A DNA stretch of 64,000 nt, from positions 16,391 to 80,390 of the IMG/VR virus record IMGVR_UViG_2744054526_000001; one strand, 5' to 3'. The translations under genes were made by a program, and so were the position numbers. The stretch is from a virus. Lineage: Duplodnaviria > Caudoviricetes. How positions within the stretch are numbered: the stretch's first letter is position 1; each line of letters opens with the position of its first letter. The notes under the pieces were generated by a model. That model was given only the letters and a program-made list of their open reading frames with translations. It was not told the DNA's origin and ran no database searches. Shown piece after piece: positions 1 to 10,819 of the stretch.

Positions 1-1
1 G

Positions 2-298
2 ACTATCAAGCAGGAAACGGCAGAGCGTCTGCTGAAGACAGGACTGGTCAGCTACGAAAGCGACGTTTCCCGCCTGGTTAAAGTCGGCCTGACTCAGGGG
101 CAATTCGACGCCCTGGTGTCGTTCACGTACAACCTCGGAGCCCGGTCACTGTCGACATCGACTCTTCTGCGAAAACTCAACGCCGGAGATTACGCTGGCG
201 CTGCCGATGAGTTCCTGCGCTGGAATAAAGCGGGTGGTAAGGTCCTTAACGGGCTGACTCGTCGGCGGGAGGCAGAGCGGACTCTGTTCCTATCATGA
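2..298 (+). CDS. Endolysin, GH24 lysozyme (5' end outside window)
   Basis: Frame open from base 2: QGQFDALVSFTYNLG...RWNKAGGKVLNGLTRRREAE; precedes Rz. Confidence 0.93.
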   Translation, partial: TIKQETAERLLKTGLVSYESDVSRLVKVGLTQGQFDALVSFTYNLGARSLSTSTLLRKLNAGDYAGAADEFLRWNKAGGKVLNGLTRRREAERTLFLS

Positions 299-768
299 TT
301 GGCGCGCTGGTTAAGCGTTACTGGCTGCAACTGATTGTGGTGTCGGTAATCGGCGTGCTGGCGTTCTTCGTTAACCACTACCGCGACAACGCCATCACCT
401 ATAAAGACCAGCGCGATAAAGCCACTGAGAAACTCAGCCTGGCTCACGCTACCATCAAAGACATGCAGACACGTCAGCGTGATGTCGCTGCACTGGATGC
501 CAAATACACGAAGGAATTGTCCGATGCGAAAAAAACCATTAACGATTTGCGTCGGGATGTCGATTCTGGCGCTAAACGGCTGCGCATCGCTGCAACCTGC
601 CCTGGAGTGTCCAAAGCCACCTCCGCCTCCGGCGTGGATGATGCAGGATCCCCCGAACTTACTCCAGACGCTCGACGGAATTATTTCGATCACCGGGACG
701 GAATCGCAACCGCTGACAAAATGATTCGCGGCATGCAGGACTACATCAAAGAGCAGTGTCTTAAATGA
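295..768 (+). CDS. Rz-like inner-membrane spanin
   Basis: N-terminal TM helix, coiled coil, C-terminal QDYIKEQCLK; follows endolysin. Confidence 0.92.
   Translation: MIGALVKRYWLQLIVVSVIGVLAFFVNHYRDNAITYKDQRDKATEKLSLAHATIKDMQTRQRDVAALDAKYTKELSDAKKTINDLRRDVDSGAKRLRIAATCPGVSKATSASGVDDAGSPELTPDARRNYFDHRDGIATADKMIRGMQDYIKEQCLK
524..724 (+). CDS. Rz1-like outer-membrane spanin lipoprotein embedded in Rz
   Basis: MRKK...LALNGC lipobox and Pro-rich CPKPPPPPAWMM in the +1 frame inside Rz. Confidence 0.88.
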   Translation: MRKKPLTICVGMSILALNGCASLQPALECPKPPPPPAWMMQDPPNLLQTLDGIISITGTESQPLTK

Positions 769-785
769 TTCGTTACCCAAATAAC

Positions 786-812
786 AGAGCCTGACTTCGG
801 TCGGGCTTTTTT
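786..812 (+). terminator. Rho-independent terminator after lysis cassette
   Basis: AGCCTGAC-TTCG-GTCGGGCT followed by a T run. Confidence 0.8.
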
Positions 813-866
813 ATGCCCGCAGTAAACCGCGCACCGCAGCGCATTCAAACCACGTCGAACCATACC

Positions 867-952
867 CTTTGAAATGAGCCTTTGAGGAAGTCAGTTAGTG
901 CTGGCGAGCCTCGACGGGCTGATTTCCTATGCGGCAAAGGTTCATCTCAAAG
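867..952 (+). ncRNA. Candidate structured leader/antisense RNA (c4-like) upstream of rha
   Basis: Outer stem CTTTGAAATGAGCCTTTG/CAAAGGTTCATCTCAAAG enclosing inner stem AGGAAGTCAG/CTGATTTCCT. Confidence 0.5.
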
Positions 953-965
953 AAAGGTACACGCT

Positions 966-1484
966 ATGAATAATCCGTCAGTTATTCCGGCTTTCGATTT
1001 TCGTGAAATGGTCACGACTTTCGATAACAAGATAATCACCACATCACTCAAGGTAGCGGACTACTTTGGTAAGCGACACAAAGACGTTTTGCGCGCCATA
1101 CGTAACCTGAAATGCTCCGAAGACTTCACCCAGCGCAATTTTGCGCCCATTGATTTCATTGATAAAAATGGTGATGTTCAACCTATGTATAACATCACCC
1201 GCGACGGATGCATGATGCTAGTGATGGGATTCACTGGCAAAACAGCTGCCGCAGTGAAGGAGTGTTACATCAATGCCTTCAACTGGATGGCCGAGCAGCT
1301 AAACCGGCGCATGGCGATGGGTGAAGAATTGCAGCATCGCTACGCCATCAAAGAAACGCGCTCAAAGCTGAAAGGCACGATCGGAAGCCGTTTGATGAAC
1401 GAGCGGAAGAAAGAGAAGCGCGTCCTGGAGCTCGAACATGAGCACATCATGCAGGTAACGCAGCCGGAATTACTTATTGGCTGA
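966..1484 (+). CDS. Rha-family phage regulatory protein
   Basis: TTSLKVADYFGKRHKDVLRAIRNL and YNITRDG..LVMGFTG..A...K..YI.AFN motifs; ATG at 966. Confidence 0.92.
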   Translation: MNNPSVIPAFDFREMVTTFDNKIITTSLKVADYFGKRHKDVLRAIRNLKCSEDFTQRNFAPIDFIDKNGDVQPMYNITRDGCMMLVMGFTGKTAAAVKECYINAFNWMAEQLNRRMAMGEELQHRYAIKETRSKLKGTIGSRLMNERKKEKRVLELEHEHIMQVTQPELLIG

Positions 1485-1544
1485 TCGCGGCATTACAGAA
1501 GCCCTTCATTGAGGGGCTTCGATAATGGAGCACTGGAATTATTC

Positions 1545-2165
1545 ATGAACAGACCACACCCACCAGCGCATTTTACGATGCCACCTGACCCGAAGCCGTA
1601 CATCAGCATTATGCCCGCTAATGACGTTGGCGAGTGGCTGAATCAGCACATCCTGAGCGATGAGGGTGACCTCTACAACCCTGATCACCGGCATTTGCTT
1701 GAAGCGGATCTGTGCTTTCTCTGGGCGTCGAACGCTTTCGAGAAGAAAGGGCGTTCCGTGCTGGGGCAGGCGGAAGAAGTGGCAATGCGGGCTGGAGGCT
1801 GGCAGAAAGCGCGGATGGAGCAGCAGATGTATGAATGGTTCGGCAGGGTGCCGCAGTTCATCATCACGCTCGCCGCCGATTACTGTTCGCAATGTTCCGA
1901 TCTGGAGTTCTGCGCGCTGATAGAGCACGAGCTTTATCACATCTGCCACGCGACAGATGAATTTGGCGCGCCGAAGTTCACGCAGGAAGGGCAGCCAAAG
2001 CTGAAGCTGCGCGGCCATGACGTGGAAGAGTTTGTGGGCGTGGTTCGCCGTTACGGTGCGAGCCGGGACGTGCAGGAAATGATTGATGCGGCGAATCAGC
2101 CAGCGGAGGTTGCTCATCTCGATATTGCCAGAGCGTGCGGGACGTGCATGTTAAAGCTGGCGTGA
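1545..2165 (+). CDS. Putative phage metallopeptidase
   Basis: HExxH (EHELYH) and HDVEEF motif; typical position before the small terminase. Confidence 0.8.
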   Translation: MNRPHPPAHFTMPPDPKPYISIMPANDVGEWLNQHILSDEGDLYNPDHRHLLEADLCFLWASNAFEKKGRSVLGQAEEVAMRAGGWQKARMEQQMYEWFGRVPQFIITLAADYCSQCSDLEFCALIEHELYHICHATDEFGAPKFTQEGQPKLKLRGHDVEEFVGVVRRYGASRDVQEMIDAANQPAEVAHLDIARACGTCMLKLA

Positions 2166-2196
2166 ATTCTAGACTGGTATGGACGGATGGTGAAAT

Positions 2197-2670
2197 ATGG
2201 CTGCTTTAAAACCGGAAGTAAAAGCCTTCATCATTCAATCGCTTGCGTGCTTTGATACTCCTTCTCAAGTTGTCGAATCCGTCAAGAAAGAGTTTGGGTT
2301 AACTATTTCTCGCCAGCAAGCCGAAGCACACGACCCAACCAAGGCTAGTAGCAAAGGTTTAGCCAAGAAGTGGATCGAGATGTTCCACGCGACACGCGAA
2401 CGATTCCTGACCGAAACCAGTGACATTCCGATAGCGAACAAATCCTATCGGCTCCGCGTGCTTGACCGCATGGCAACCAAAACCGAGGGGATGAAAAACT
2501 TCTCCCTGACGGCGCAGCTGATTGAACAGGCCGCGAAAGAGGTTGGAGACGCTTACACCAATAAGCTGAAGGTTGAAAGCACTGGCAAGGATGGCGGCCC
2601 GATCAAGACCGAGACGACCAGCCTCACCGCAGATCAGGCCGCAGAGATTTACCGCAAGATGATGGGGTGA
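2197..2670 (+). CDS. Terminase small subunit (DUF2280-like)
   Basis: [25 protein letters not shown] start, C-terminal TGKDGGPI; overlaps terL. Confidence 0.85.
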   Translation: MAALKPEVKAFIIQSLACFDTPSQVVESVKKEFGLTISRQQAEAHDPTKASSKGLAKKWIEMFHATRERFLTETSDIPIANKSYRLRVLDRMATKTEGMKNFSLTAQLIEQAAKEVGDAYTNKLKVESTGKDGGPIKTETTSLTADQAAEIYRKMMG

Positions 2671-4295
2671 TCATGCCTCTCCCGTTTGAATTCGATTTCA
2701 GAAACCCTGATTACCAGATGGTTTTTGAATGGCGGATGGAGCGCTTACAGCGCATTCGCCAGAACCCTGAAATGCTGCCAGCGCTAAAGCAGTTTTACCG
2801 CACCAACCCGGCACAGTTCATCATCGACTGGGGGATGACTACTGACCCGCGTAACATCGATTATGGCCTGCCGGTCACCATCCCTTTTCTGCTGTTTCCG
2901 AAACAGGAAGAGTGGATTCACTGGATCATTGAGCGGCGCGAACGGCTGGAGAACGGCATCACCGAAAAGAGCCGCGAAATGGGGCTCAGCTGGACGGCGA
3001 TCGGGCTGGCCTGTTCGCTCTGCCTCTTCAACAAAGAAATGGTCATCGGCTTCGGCTCCCGTAAAGAGGAATACGTCGACAGCACCGGAGACCCGAAGGC
3101 GCTGTTCTGGAAGGCGCGCAAGTTCGTGGAAACGCTGCCCGTCGAGTTTCGCGGTTCGTGGGACGAGAAGAAGCACGCGCCGTACATGCGCGTTGAGTTT
3201 CCCGATACTGGCGCGGTCATCAAAGGCGAGGCTGGCGACAATATCGGTCGTGGTGACCGTACCACCCTCTACCTGGTGGATGAGGCTGCATTCCTCCAGC
3301 GTCCTCTGCTGATTGACGCGGCGCTGTCGCAAACCACCCGCTGCCGTATCGACCTGAGCTCGGTTAACGGCATGGCGAACCCGTTCGCGCAGAAGCGTCA
3401 CGGCGGGAAGATACCGGTATTCACATTCCACTGGCGAAACGACCCGCGCAAGGATGAAGAGTGGTATCGCAGGGAATGCGAGAAAATCGACAATCCGGTG
3501 GTGGTGGCGCAGGAACTTGACCTGAACTACAGCGCATCAGCGGAAGGTGTCCTGATCCCGTCCGACTGGGTACAGGCTGCCGTCGACGCGCATATCAAGC
3601 TGGGCATTCAGCCAACGGGCAAACGGCTGGGCGCGATGGACGTCGCCGACGAAGGCCGGGACAAAAACGCCTTTTCGACCCGTCACGGCTTCCTCCTGGA
3701 GAACGTGCGGGAATGGTCCGGCGTGGGCAGCGACATTTACCAGTCTGTTGAGAAGGTCTTCGGCTTTTGTGAACAGGACAACCTCGAAGAGTTTCGCTTC
3801 GACGAGGACGGTCTGGGTGCTGGCGTTCGCGGAGATGCGCGCGCTATCAACGAACTGCGTAACGCTGCGCGCCGACCGTCAATACTCGCCACACCGTTTC
3901 GCGGTAGCGGCGCGGTGTTTGATCCGGACGACGAAGCGGTGCGCGGCGACAACGGACAGGCCGCCCGCCTTAACAAGGACTTCTTCGCTAACGCCAAGGC
4001 TCAGAGCTGGTGGCGTCTGCGCAAACTTTTCCAGAACACCTATCGCGCTGTGGTTGAAAAGATGGCTTACAACCCGGACGAAATCATCTCAATCAGCGGC
4101 ACTATGGCGAACAAAGACAAACTCATCATCGAGCTGTCGCAGCCGACCTACTCCATTAACGGTGTGGGGAAAATCGTTGTTGATAAACAGCCTGACGGCA
4201 CCAAGTCGCCGAACCTCGCCGACTCGGTGATGATCAGCTACGCGCCAATGAATTCAGCCCTGAACATCTGGGAGCTGCTAGGGAGACAGGCCTGA
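2667..4295 (+). CDS. Terminase large subunit
   Basis: Walker A-like KSREMGLSW, Walker B YLVDEAA, nuclease DVADEG and SPNLADS. Confidence 0.92.
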   Translation: MIMPLPFEFDFRNPDYQMVFEWRMERLQRIRQNPEMLPALKQFYRTNPAQFIIDWGMTTDPRNIDYGLPVTIPFLLFPKQEEWIHWIIERRERLENGITEKSREMGLSWTAIGLACSLCLFNKEMVIGFGSRKEEYVDSTGDPKALFWKARKFVETLPVEFRGSWDEKKHAPYMRVEFPDTGAVIKGEAGDNIGRGDRTTLYLVDEAAFLQRPLLIDAALSQTTRCRIDLSSVNGMANPFAQKRHGGKIPVFTFHWRNDPRKDEEWYRRECEKIDNPVVVAQELDLNYSASAEGVLIPSDWVQAAVDAHIKLGIQPTGKRLGAMDVADEGRDKNAFSTRHGFLLENVREWSGVGSDIYQSVEKVFGFCEQDNLEEFRFDEDGLGAGVRGDARAINELRNAARRPSILATPFRGSGAVFDPDDEAVRGDNGQAARLNKDFFANAKAQSWWRLRKLFQNTYRAVVEKMAYNPDEIISISGTMANKDKLIIELSQPTYSINGVGKIVVDKQPDGTKSPNLADSVMISYAPMNSALNIWELLGRQA

Positions 4296-5761
4296 TGGCA
4301 CGAAACAAGCAAGCCTCTCAGCGAACGGCGCAGGCCACCGCTGATGGCTACGAGAACTTTGTCGCCCGCGTGGGGATGCAGACGCCTAACCAGCACTCAG
4401 CATCGACCTACCGGGCGAACTTCACCAGCCGCAACCGCATGCTGGTGGAATGGTCCTATCGCGGTTCGTGGGTTATCGGCGAAGCGGTCGACGCTATCCC
4501 GGACGATATGACCCGCAAAGGCATTCGCATCACCTCGGAGATTGACGCCAAAGACCGTGGCACCCTCGAAGCGCAGCTGGATGAGTTGCAGATCTGGGAT
4601 GCGCTGAACGACGTGCTGAAATGGTCGCGTCTCTACGGCGGCGCGGTTGGCTTCATCATGATTGAGGGGCAGGCACCAATGACCCCGCTGCGGCTCGAAA
4701 CCATTGGCGAGGGCAAGTTTAAGGGCATTCTCCCGCTCGACCGCTGGATGATTAACCCGGTGCTGACACGCCGCATTAAAGAGATGGGGCCGGACCTCGG
4801 CAAGCCTGAGTTTTACGACGTGGTGACCACCGCAACGGGCATTCCGGCCTGGCGCATCCATCACAGCCGCCTGATCCGCTTTGATGGCGTCACGCTGCCA
4901 TTCCAGCAGAAGATGACCGAAAACGAATGGGGAATGTCGGTTGTAGAGCGTATCTGGGATCGGCTTACTGCGTTCGACAGCGCCACTGTCGGCGCGGCGC
5001 AACTGGTCTACAAAGCGCATCTGCGTACCTACAGTGTGGAGAAGCTGCGCGAGCTTATCGCGCTTGGTGGCCCCGCGTTCGAAGCGCTGCTGAAGAACTT
5101 CGACCTGATCCGCCAGTTCCAGAGTAATGAAGGCATGACGCTCATGGACTCGCGAGATAAGTTCGAAACCCATCAGTACAGCTTCAGCGGTCTGGATGAC
5201 ATTCTTTCGCAGTTCGCTGAGCAGATCAGCGGTGCCGTTGGTATCCCGCTGGTGCGCCTGTTCGGGCAGTCCCCGAAAGGCTTCTCTACTGGTGACGCAG
5301 ACCTCGCCAACTATTACGACCGGGTGAGCTCATTGCAGGAGCGCCGCTTACGGCTGCCGATGCGCCGGATACTGGACATTATGCACCGCTCGGAACTCGG
5401 TAAGCCGCTGCCGGACGATTTCACGTTTGAGTTTAACCCGCTATGGCAAATGTCTGACGTTGACCGCTCAACGGTGGCCGTAAACACCACAAACGCGATC
5501 AGCACCGCGCTGAGCGACGGATTAATGACGCGTAAGGCGGCGATGACCGACCTGCGCGAAAACTCTGACGTCACTGGCATCGGGGCATCCATTACCGACG
5601 AGGATATCGAGAATGCCGAAGACGAAGCGCCGCCAGGCATCGGCGAACTTGGCAACAAACCGCCAGAGTCGCCAGGCGGAGATCCGATATCGAACGAGCC
5701 TACGGCAGATAGCGCGGGCGGTCGGGGATATCGTAAATGGGCGCTACGATGGTTCAAATGA
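4295..5761 (+). CDS. Portal protein (DUF1073-like)
   Basis: 488 aa after terL; SRLYGG, IHHSRLIRF, GIPLVRLFGQSP motifs. Confidence 0.88.
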   Translation: MARNKQASQRTAQATADGYENFVARVGMQTPNQHSASTYRANFTSRNRMLVEWSYRGSWVIGEAVDAIPDDMTRKGIRITSEIDAKDRGTLEAQLDELQIWDALNDVLKWSRLYGGAVGFIMIEGQAPMTPLRLETIGEGKFKGILPLDRWMINPVLTRRIKEMGPDLGKPEFYDVVTTATGIPAWRIHHSRLIRFDGVTLPFQQKMTENEWGMSVVERIWDRLTAFDSATVGAAQLVYKAHLRTYSVEKLRELIALGGPAFEALLKNFDLIRQFQSNEGMTLMDSRDKFETHQYSFSGLDDILSQFAEQISGAVGIPLVRLFGQSPKGFSTGDADLANYYDRVSSLQERRLRLPMRRILDIMHRSELGKPLPDDFTFEFNPLWQMSDVDRSTVAVNTTNAISTALSDGLMTRKAAMTDLRENSDVTGIGASITDEDIENAEDEAPPGIGELGNKPPESPGGDPISNEPTADSAGGRGYRKWALRWFK

Positions 5762-6386
5762 TAGCGTCACCGAGATAATGGATGCGCTGGAGCGCTACAG
5801 CGAAATCATCACCCCTTGGGCGACGAAGGTTGCTGAGAACTTCACCGCAGACATTGCGCGCCAGAATGAAAAGCAGTGGCGTCAGCACAGCCGGAACATC
5901 AGCGCAGAGCTGCGCAACATGGTTGACCGCGCCCCGGTAGGCCAGGTGATGAAATCCATCGTTGCCGAGCAGATTAAGTACATCAAATCGCTACCTCTTG
6001 AGGCCGCCGATCGGGTGTATGACATTCAGAACAAAGCCATCGAGGCCGTTGTGACTGGTGGCCGCGCTGAGCCATTCGCGAAAGAGATAGCAGCGTCCGG
6101 TGACGTGTCACGCTCACGAGCGAACCTTATCGCCCGTACCGAGCTTGGACGTGCAACCGGCGCGCTCGATCAGGCGCGTGCGCTGTCAATTGGTTCGAAT
6201 GGTTATATCTGGCGTACAGCCGAAGATGGCGACGTCCGGCACTCTCATCGTGAGATGGAGGGCAAGTTTGTCGAATGGGGCCGACCTCCAACGCTTGACG
6301 GCATGACCGGTCATGCTGGCGAGCTCCCGAACTGCCGCTGTTACAAAGAGATCGTCTTCCCCAACCCTCATTCTTATCTCGCCTGA
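5613..6386 (+). CDS. Head morphogenesis protein (SPP1 gp7/Mu gpF family); start uncertain
   Basis: RANLIARTE, WRTAED.DVRHSH, PNCRC motifs. Confidence 0.88.
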   Translation: MPKTKRRQASANLATNRQSRQAEIRYRTSLRQIARAVGDIVNGRYDGSNDSVTEIMDALERYSEIITPWATKVAENFTADIARQNEKQWRQHSRNISAELRNMVDRAPVGQVMKSIVAEQIKYIKSLPLEAADRVYDIQNKAIEAVVTGGRAEPFAKEIAASGDVSRSRANLIARTELGRATGALDQARALSIGSNGYIWRTAEDGDVRHSHREMEGKFVEWGRPPTLDGMTGHAGELPNCRCYKEIVFPNPHSYLA

Positions 6387-6400
6387 ATCGCAGGTAAACC

Positions 6401-7633
6401 ATGAAATATTTTTTCAATACCCGGCTGGGGGAAACCCGCTATCAGCTGGCTGACGGCTCTCTGTTGTGTAAAGACGTGCCGATAGGTCGAACGGGTAAAC
6501 AGCTCTACGGCGCTGCCGATCTGCCAAACCTCAAACCCGACAAGCTCGGCGAGATAGTCGTAACGCGCTCTCCTGAGCAGGTATTCCATCCGGCCACGCT
6601 CGCCTCATTCGAAGGGATGAGCATCACGATCCTGCATCCTGAAGATGAAAACGGGAATGTGCGGCTGGTAAATCCCGAGAACTGGAAAGAGCTTGCTGTC
6701 GGGCACCTCCAGAATGTCCGGCGCGGGACGGGTGAGCAGTCTGATTTGATGCTGGCTGACCTTATCGTCAAAGACGAAAACGCCATTCAGCTTATCGAAG
6801 ATGGCCTGCGTGAAGTGTCGTGCGGCTATGACGCGGAGTACGAGCAGACCGAGCCAGGTAAAGCCGAGCAGGTCGATATTACCGGAAACCATGTGGCTCT
6901 TGTCCCTAAAGGCAGAGCCGGAAATCGTTGTGCAATTGGAGACAGAGACACAATGGCAAATCAAAAGAAAAGCTGGTGGACCCGCATGCGCACGGCCATC
7001 AAAACGGGTGACGCTGACACCATGAACGAACTGCTGGACTCTGCGCCAGCGGCGGTAACGGGTGACGAAGGGGATCTGCCGAGCGGCGTTAACCTCAACA
7101 TTAACCTTTCACCGCAGCAACCATTGCCGGACAAAAAGCCGGAAATGGGCGGAGAGCCAACCGGCGACGGCGAGGACGATATCAAAACCTTGCTCAAAGC
7201 CCTGCTGGCTAAGCTGGAAGGAAATGCGACTTGCGATAACGACAATAAGCCTGATGAAAAAGACAAAAAAGATCCGACCTGCGACGGCGAGGGCGACGAA
7301 GTGGAAACCACGATTACCGGTGACTCTGCCTGGCGTGCCGAGGTTATCGTCCCGGGTATCGATCTGAGCCGTAAGGTGAAACCGACCGCGTTCAAACGTG
7401 ATGTGCTGGCTGCCGCTGACAAAACACTGGTTCGCCAGGTTGTCGGTGATGCGGATATCCGCAAATTGCCCAAGCAATCGGTAGATATGGCGTTTAACGC
7501 CGTGTCTGAGATTGCAAAAGGGCGAAACACCCGCAGCACCACGGGCGATGCACACCGTCCAAATATGGGCATGACCAGCATCGCTTCCCTGAACAAACAA
7601 AACGCCGACTTCTGGTCTAACCGCAAAGGATAA
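6401..7633 (+). CDS. Prohead protease/scaffold (DUF2213-like)
   Basis: EVSCGYDA and NHVALVPKGRAG motifs with acidic scaffold-like C-terminal half. Confidence 0.85.
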   Translation: MKYFFNTRLGETRYQLADGSLLCKDVPIGRTGKQLYGAADLPNLKPDKLGEIVVTRSPEQVFHPATLASFEGMSITILHPEDENGNVRLVNPENWKELAVGHLQNVRRGTGEQSDLMLADLIVKDENAIQLIEDGLREVSCGYDAEYEQTEPGKAEQVDITGNHVALVPKGRAGNRCAIGDRDTMANQKKSWWTRMRTAIKTGDADTMNELLDSAPAAVTGDEGDLPSGVNLNINLSPQQPLPDKKPEMGGEPTGDGEDDIKTLLKALLAKLEGNATCDNDNKPDEKDKKDPTCDGEGDEVETTITGDSAWRAEVIVPGIDLSRKVKPTAFKRDVLAAADKTLVRQVVGDADIRKLPKQSVDMAFNAVSEIAKGRNTRSTTGDAHRPNMGMTSIASLNKQNADFWSNRKG

Positions 7634-7637
7634 TCCA

Positions 7638-8141
7638 ATGACTGCATATCTGTACCGGATGCCTGTTGGCATTGCCGGGGCTATCTCTCGCCCGCAGGAC
7701 TTAACCGTCGAACCGGTGATCCTTAAATCCGCTAACGCCTTCGCTGCCTATGGTCTGGCTGGCAAATACGACGCTGACGGCTTTTTCGTGCCGCTGGCGG
7801 ACGGTGACACCGCCGACAAGGTGAAGGGGATCTACGTTCGTCCGTATCCGACCACATCGCAGCCAGACATGATTCGCCAGGTGGGGACGGATAAGAATTT
7901 CCCGGGCGACGCCATGAAGCGTGGCTACATGACCGTTAACCTCGGATCTGGCTTCGATGCCAGCACCATCAAAAAAGGCGCACCTGTCTATGTGGTTGTT
8001 TCGCTCGACTCAACCATTGACGTGCCGCTGGGCGGTTTCATGTCCACGTCTGTCAGTGGCAAAAACGTGGCGCTGACCAACGCCGAATTCACAGGGGCCG
8101 GTGACGCTAACGGCAATGTAGAAATCTCCTGGAAGATTTAA
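7638..8141 (+). CDS. Head decoration/structural protein
   Basis: 167 aa between protease and major capsid gene. Confidence 0.7.
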   Translation: MTAYLYRMPVGIAGAISRPQDLTVEPVILKSANAFAAYGLAGKYDADGFFVPLADGDTADKVKGIYVRPYPTTSQPDMIRQVGTDKNFPGDAMKRGYMTVNLGSGFDASTIKKGAPVYVVVSLDSTIDVPLGGFMSTSVSGKNVALTNAEFTGAGDANGNVEISWKI

Positions 8142-8152
8142 GGAACAGACGA

Positions 8153-9094
8153 ATGATTACTTTTGATCAGGCAACCGTTGATGGCTCTGGTGCCTTTCTC
8201 ATCGGGGAGCTGGAGCGACTCGACCAGACGTTGAACCTGCCGCTGGTGGGTTACACCTGGACCCGCGATATTCAGCTGCGTGAAGACGTTTCTATCGCAG
8301 ATGACATTTCCAGCTGGACTAACACCAGTTTTGGCGCTGCGGGTACTGGCGCAAATCCGAACGGTAAAAACTGGGTAGGCAAAGACTCCACCGCTATTGC
8401 TGGCGTGAACGTGGATATCAGCAAAGACGGCAATCCACTGAACCTCTGGGGTATGGAACTGGGCTGGACCGTTGTAGAGCTGGCAGCTGCTCAGCAGGTA
8501 GGCCGCCCGATTGATACCCAGAAGTACGACGGGATGCAGCTCAAATGGCAGATGGACAACGACGAGCAGGTTTACATCGGTGATGACGCACTCGGCCTGA
8601 AAGGTCTGGCAAACCTCGTCGGTGTGACGCTGAACAACGCGCCGAAGACCTGGGCGAACTCAACCAACGACGAGATCCTCGATAGCGTGAACAGCATTCT
8701 GTCTAATGCCTGGGCAGCATCCGGTTATTCCATCGTGCCTTCTGATCTGCGCATTCCGCCAGAGCAGTATTCACTGCTGGCGAGCCGTAAGGTTTCCGAA
8801 GCGGGTAACCAGTCACTGCTGACCTATCTGGCTGTGAACACTATCGCTTTCCACCAGAACGGCGTTCCGCTTGAAATCAAAGCGGTCAAATGGCTGAAAG
8901 GGCGTGGGGTTGGCGGTAAAGACCGTATGATCGCCTACACCAACGACAAGAAATACGTGCGCTATCCGCTGGTGCCGTTGCAGAGCGTTCCTGTCCAGTA
9001 TCGCGGTCTGTATCAGATTGCGACCTACTACGGCAAGCTCGGTGCGGTTGAGCCAGTGTACAAAGAAACCCTGTCCTACGTGGACGGTATCTGA
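8153..9094 (+). CDS. Major capsid protein (DUF2184-like)
   Basis: AFLIGELERLD start, GLKGLAN, 313 aa, position in head operon. Confidence 0.88.
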   Translation: MITFDQATVDGSGAFLIGELERLDQTLNLPLVGYTWTRDIQLREDVSIADDISSWTNTSFGAAGTGANPNGKNWVGKDSTAIAGVNVDISKDGNPLNLWGMELGWTVVELAAAQQVGRPIDTQKYDGMQLKWQMDNDEQVYIGDDALGLKGLANLVGVTLNNAPKTWANSTNDEILDSVNSILSNAWAASGYSIVPSDLRIPPEQYSLLASRKVSEAGNQSLLTYLAVNTIAFHQNGVPLEIKAVKWLKGRGVGGKDRMIAYTNDKKYVRYPLVPLQSVPVQYRGLYQIATYYGKLGAVEPVYKETLSYVDGI

Positions 9095-9135
9095 TAACCA
9101 GAACGGCCCCGAAAGGGGCCAGAAGGGAACTGAAA

Positions 9136-9525
9136 ATGGCGAAAGAAAAGCTGGTTACCATCCATGTTCACACCCCGTTTACGCTGACGCTCGGCGATCA
9201 GTCAAAAAGGGAGTTTGGCCGGGGACGGCATAACGTACCGGAAGAGGTCGCGTCGCACTGGTTCACCCAGGCGCACTCCGAGCTTTCCGAAAGCGTGATT
9301 AGCGACACCGATGATCTGCAACCCATTATCGACAGCCTGCAAGCTCAGATTGCCGACAAAGATAAGCAGATTATCGATAAAGATCAGTTGATTGCCGATC
9401 TGCGAGAAGCGCTGCTCAAGCTGCAAGAGCAGAACGACAGCCTGCAAGCGCAGATTGCTGCCGCCCAGACTGGCGGTAATGGGGCGAAAGATGCCAAAGA
9501 ATCAAAGCCTGCCAACAGTAAGTGA
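9136..9525 (+). CDS. Phage structural/hypothetical protein with coiled coil
   Basis: HTPFTLT...[14 protein letters not shown]; internal DSLQAQIA duplication. Confidence 0.7.
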   Translation: MAKEKLVTIHVHTPFTLTLGDQSKREFGRGRHNVPEEVASHWFTQAHSELSESVISDTDDLQPIIDSLQAQIADKDKQIIDKDQLIADLREALLKLQEQNDSLQAQIAAAQTGGNGAKDAKESKPANSK

Positions 9526-9898
9526 TTTTCGCCGCGACTTCCCGCAGTTTGCTGACCCTGCCAAATATCCCGAAGCGCAAATCCAGTTTCGTCTGAATCT
9601 GGCCGATGTGCTGCTGAGCGAAAACGTCACCGGAAAAGAGTTGTTTCCGTACTTTGCCGAGTTGTTCGTGGCTCACTACATGACGCTCTGGGCGGCAGAT
9701 AGCCGGGCGATGCTGGTTGGCGGTCCGGGTGGTTCAACCAATGGTGTGCAGTCCTCCAAATCCGTTGACAAGGTAAGCGTCAGCTATGACACCAGCATGA
9801 CGCTGAATCCTGACGCGGGCTTCTGGAATAACACCCGATATGGCGCTGAATTCTATCAGCTGATCACGATGTTCGGCGCTGGCGGCCGCCAGCTATGA
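9491..9898 (+). CDS. Head-tail connector (DUF4054-like)
   Basis: [21 protein letters not shown] motifs; ATG at 9491. Confidence 0.8.
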   Translation: MPKNQSLPTVSDFRRDFPQFADPAKYPEAQIQFRLNLADVLLSENVTGKELFPYFAELFVAHYMTLWAADSRAMLVGGPGGSTNGVQSSKSVDKVSVSYDTSMTLNPDAGFWNNTRYGAEFYQLITMFGAGGRQL

Positions 9899-10443
9899 AA
9901 AGCGGCGTAACCACGCGGGTTGATAATGCTCAGTCCATTCTCGAAGCACTCAAGTCTTTAACCAAAAAGGATGTACTGGTCGGCATTCCTTCGGAAGACA
10001 GCGATCGTGAAGATGTTCCGTTTGGTAATGCCGGGATCGGTTATGTCAATGAATACGGCTCACCGGCGCAAAACATCCCCCCACGCCCGCACCTGATCCC
10101 CGGCGTTAAATCGGTAGAGGAACAGACTGTGCCGCAGCTCAAAGCAGCGGCGCAGGCTGCGCTTGATGGTAATACAGATGGCGCGGAAAGAGCCCTCAAC
10201 CAGGCTGGCATGCTGGCCGCTAATGGTGTCAGGCGTTATATGACCATTACCGGCTTTACGCCGCTTGCTGATAGCACCGTTGAAGCACGCGCGCGTCGCG
10301 GGCGTAAAGGGGCTAAAGCGGAGCTTGCCCGCCGCGCTGCTGGCGAGCCGCCCGGAACCGATCTGGTAAAACCACTAATCGACACCGGGCAGTACCGCAG
10401 AGCCATTACCCACGTTGTGAGGGATAAAGATGCCGACTCTTGA
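9895..10443 (+). CDS. Neck/tail completion protein
   Basis: NEYG..NIPPRP and KPLIDTG motifs. Confidence 0.75.
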   Translation: MKSGVTTRVDNAQSILEALKSLTKKDVLVGIPSEDSDREDVPFGNAGIGYVNEYGSPAQNIPPRPHLIPGVKSVEEQTVPQLKAAAQAALDGNTDGAERALNQAGMLAANGVRRYMTITGFTPLADSTVEARARRGRKGAKAELARRAAGEPPGTDLVKPLIDTGQYRRAITHVVRDKDADS

Positions 10444-10819
10444 TGTAACAGATGTGCTTTTTGACCCCGATTTTTGCGACTTCAACCTGTGGGTAACGCG
10501 TCGCGCACAAACGGTGGACGAGGACGGGATCGGCAGCGACAGCGAAGTTAAAACGCAGTTTGCAGGGGTTGTTACCGTTGACCGCTCTCTTGAAAACCGC
10601 CGCATGCAGGCCGGGCAGGTTATCAGCGGGGCGATTCTTATCGTGACGACTGAGCGACTCACGCAGGGGCATACTGGCCGTGATGCCGATATCGTGACGT
10701 ATCAGAACCGTGATTATCGTGTGACGTTCGTCGACCCGTATACCGCTTACGGTGCTGGCTTCGTCCAGGCACATTGTGAACTGTTGCCGTTTGATGGGGG
10801 TAATCCCGTTGAGCAATAA
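10430..10819 (+). CDS. Head-tail adaptor/stopper-like protein
   Basis: 129 aa beta-rich protein in the neck block, overlapping neighbours. Confidence 0.7.
   Translation: MPTLDVTDVLFDPDFCDFNLWVTRRAQTVDEDGIGSDSEVKTQFAGVVTVDRSLENRRMQAGQVISGAILIVTTERLTQGHTGRDADIVTYQNRDYRVTFVDPYTAYGAGFVQAHCELLPFDGGNPVEQ

Noticed and set aside
4295-5761. Anti-CBASS Acb1-like annotation sometimes given to DUF1073 proteins
   Set aside because: Position after terL, size and motifs indicate a portal; I see no paired HxT/S phosphoesterase motifs.
9105-9120. Terminator after the capsid gene
   Set aside because: GGCCCC-GAAA-GGGGCC hairpin lacks a T tract; at most an mRNA stability element.
9331-9459. 23-bp near-identical direct repeat
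   Set aside because: In-frame duplication of a coiled-coil segment (DSLQAQIA); no sign of a mobile or regulatory role.
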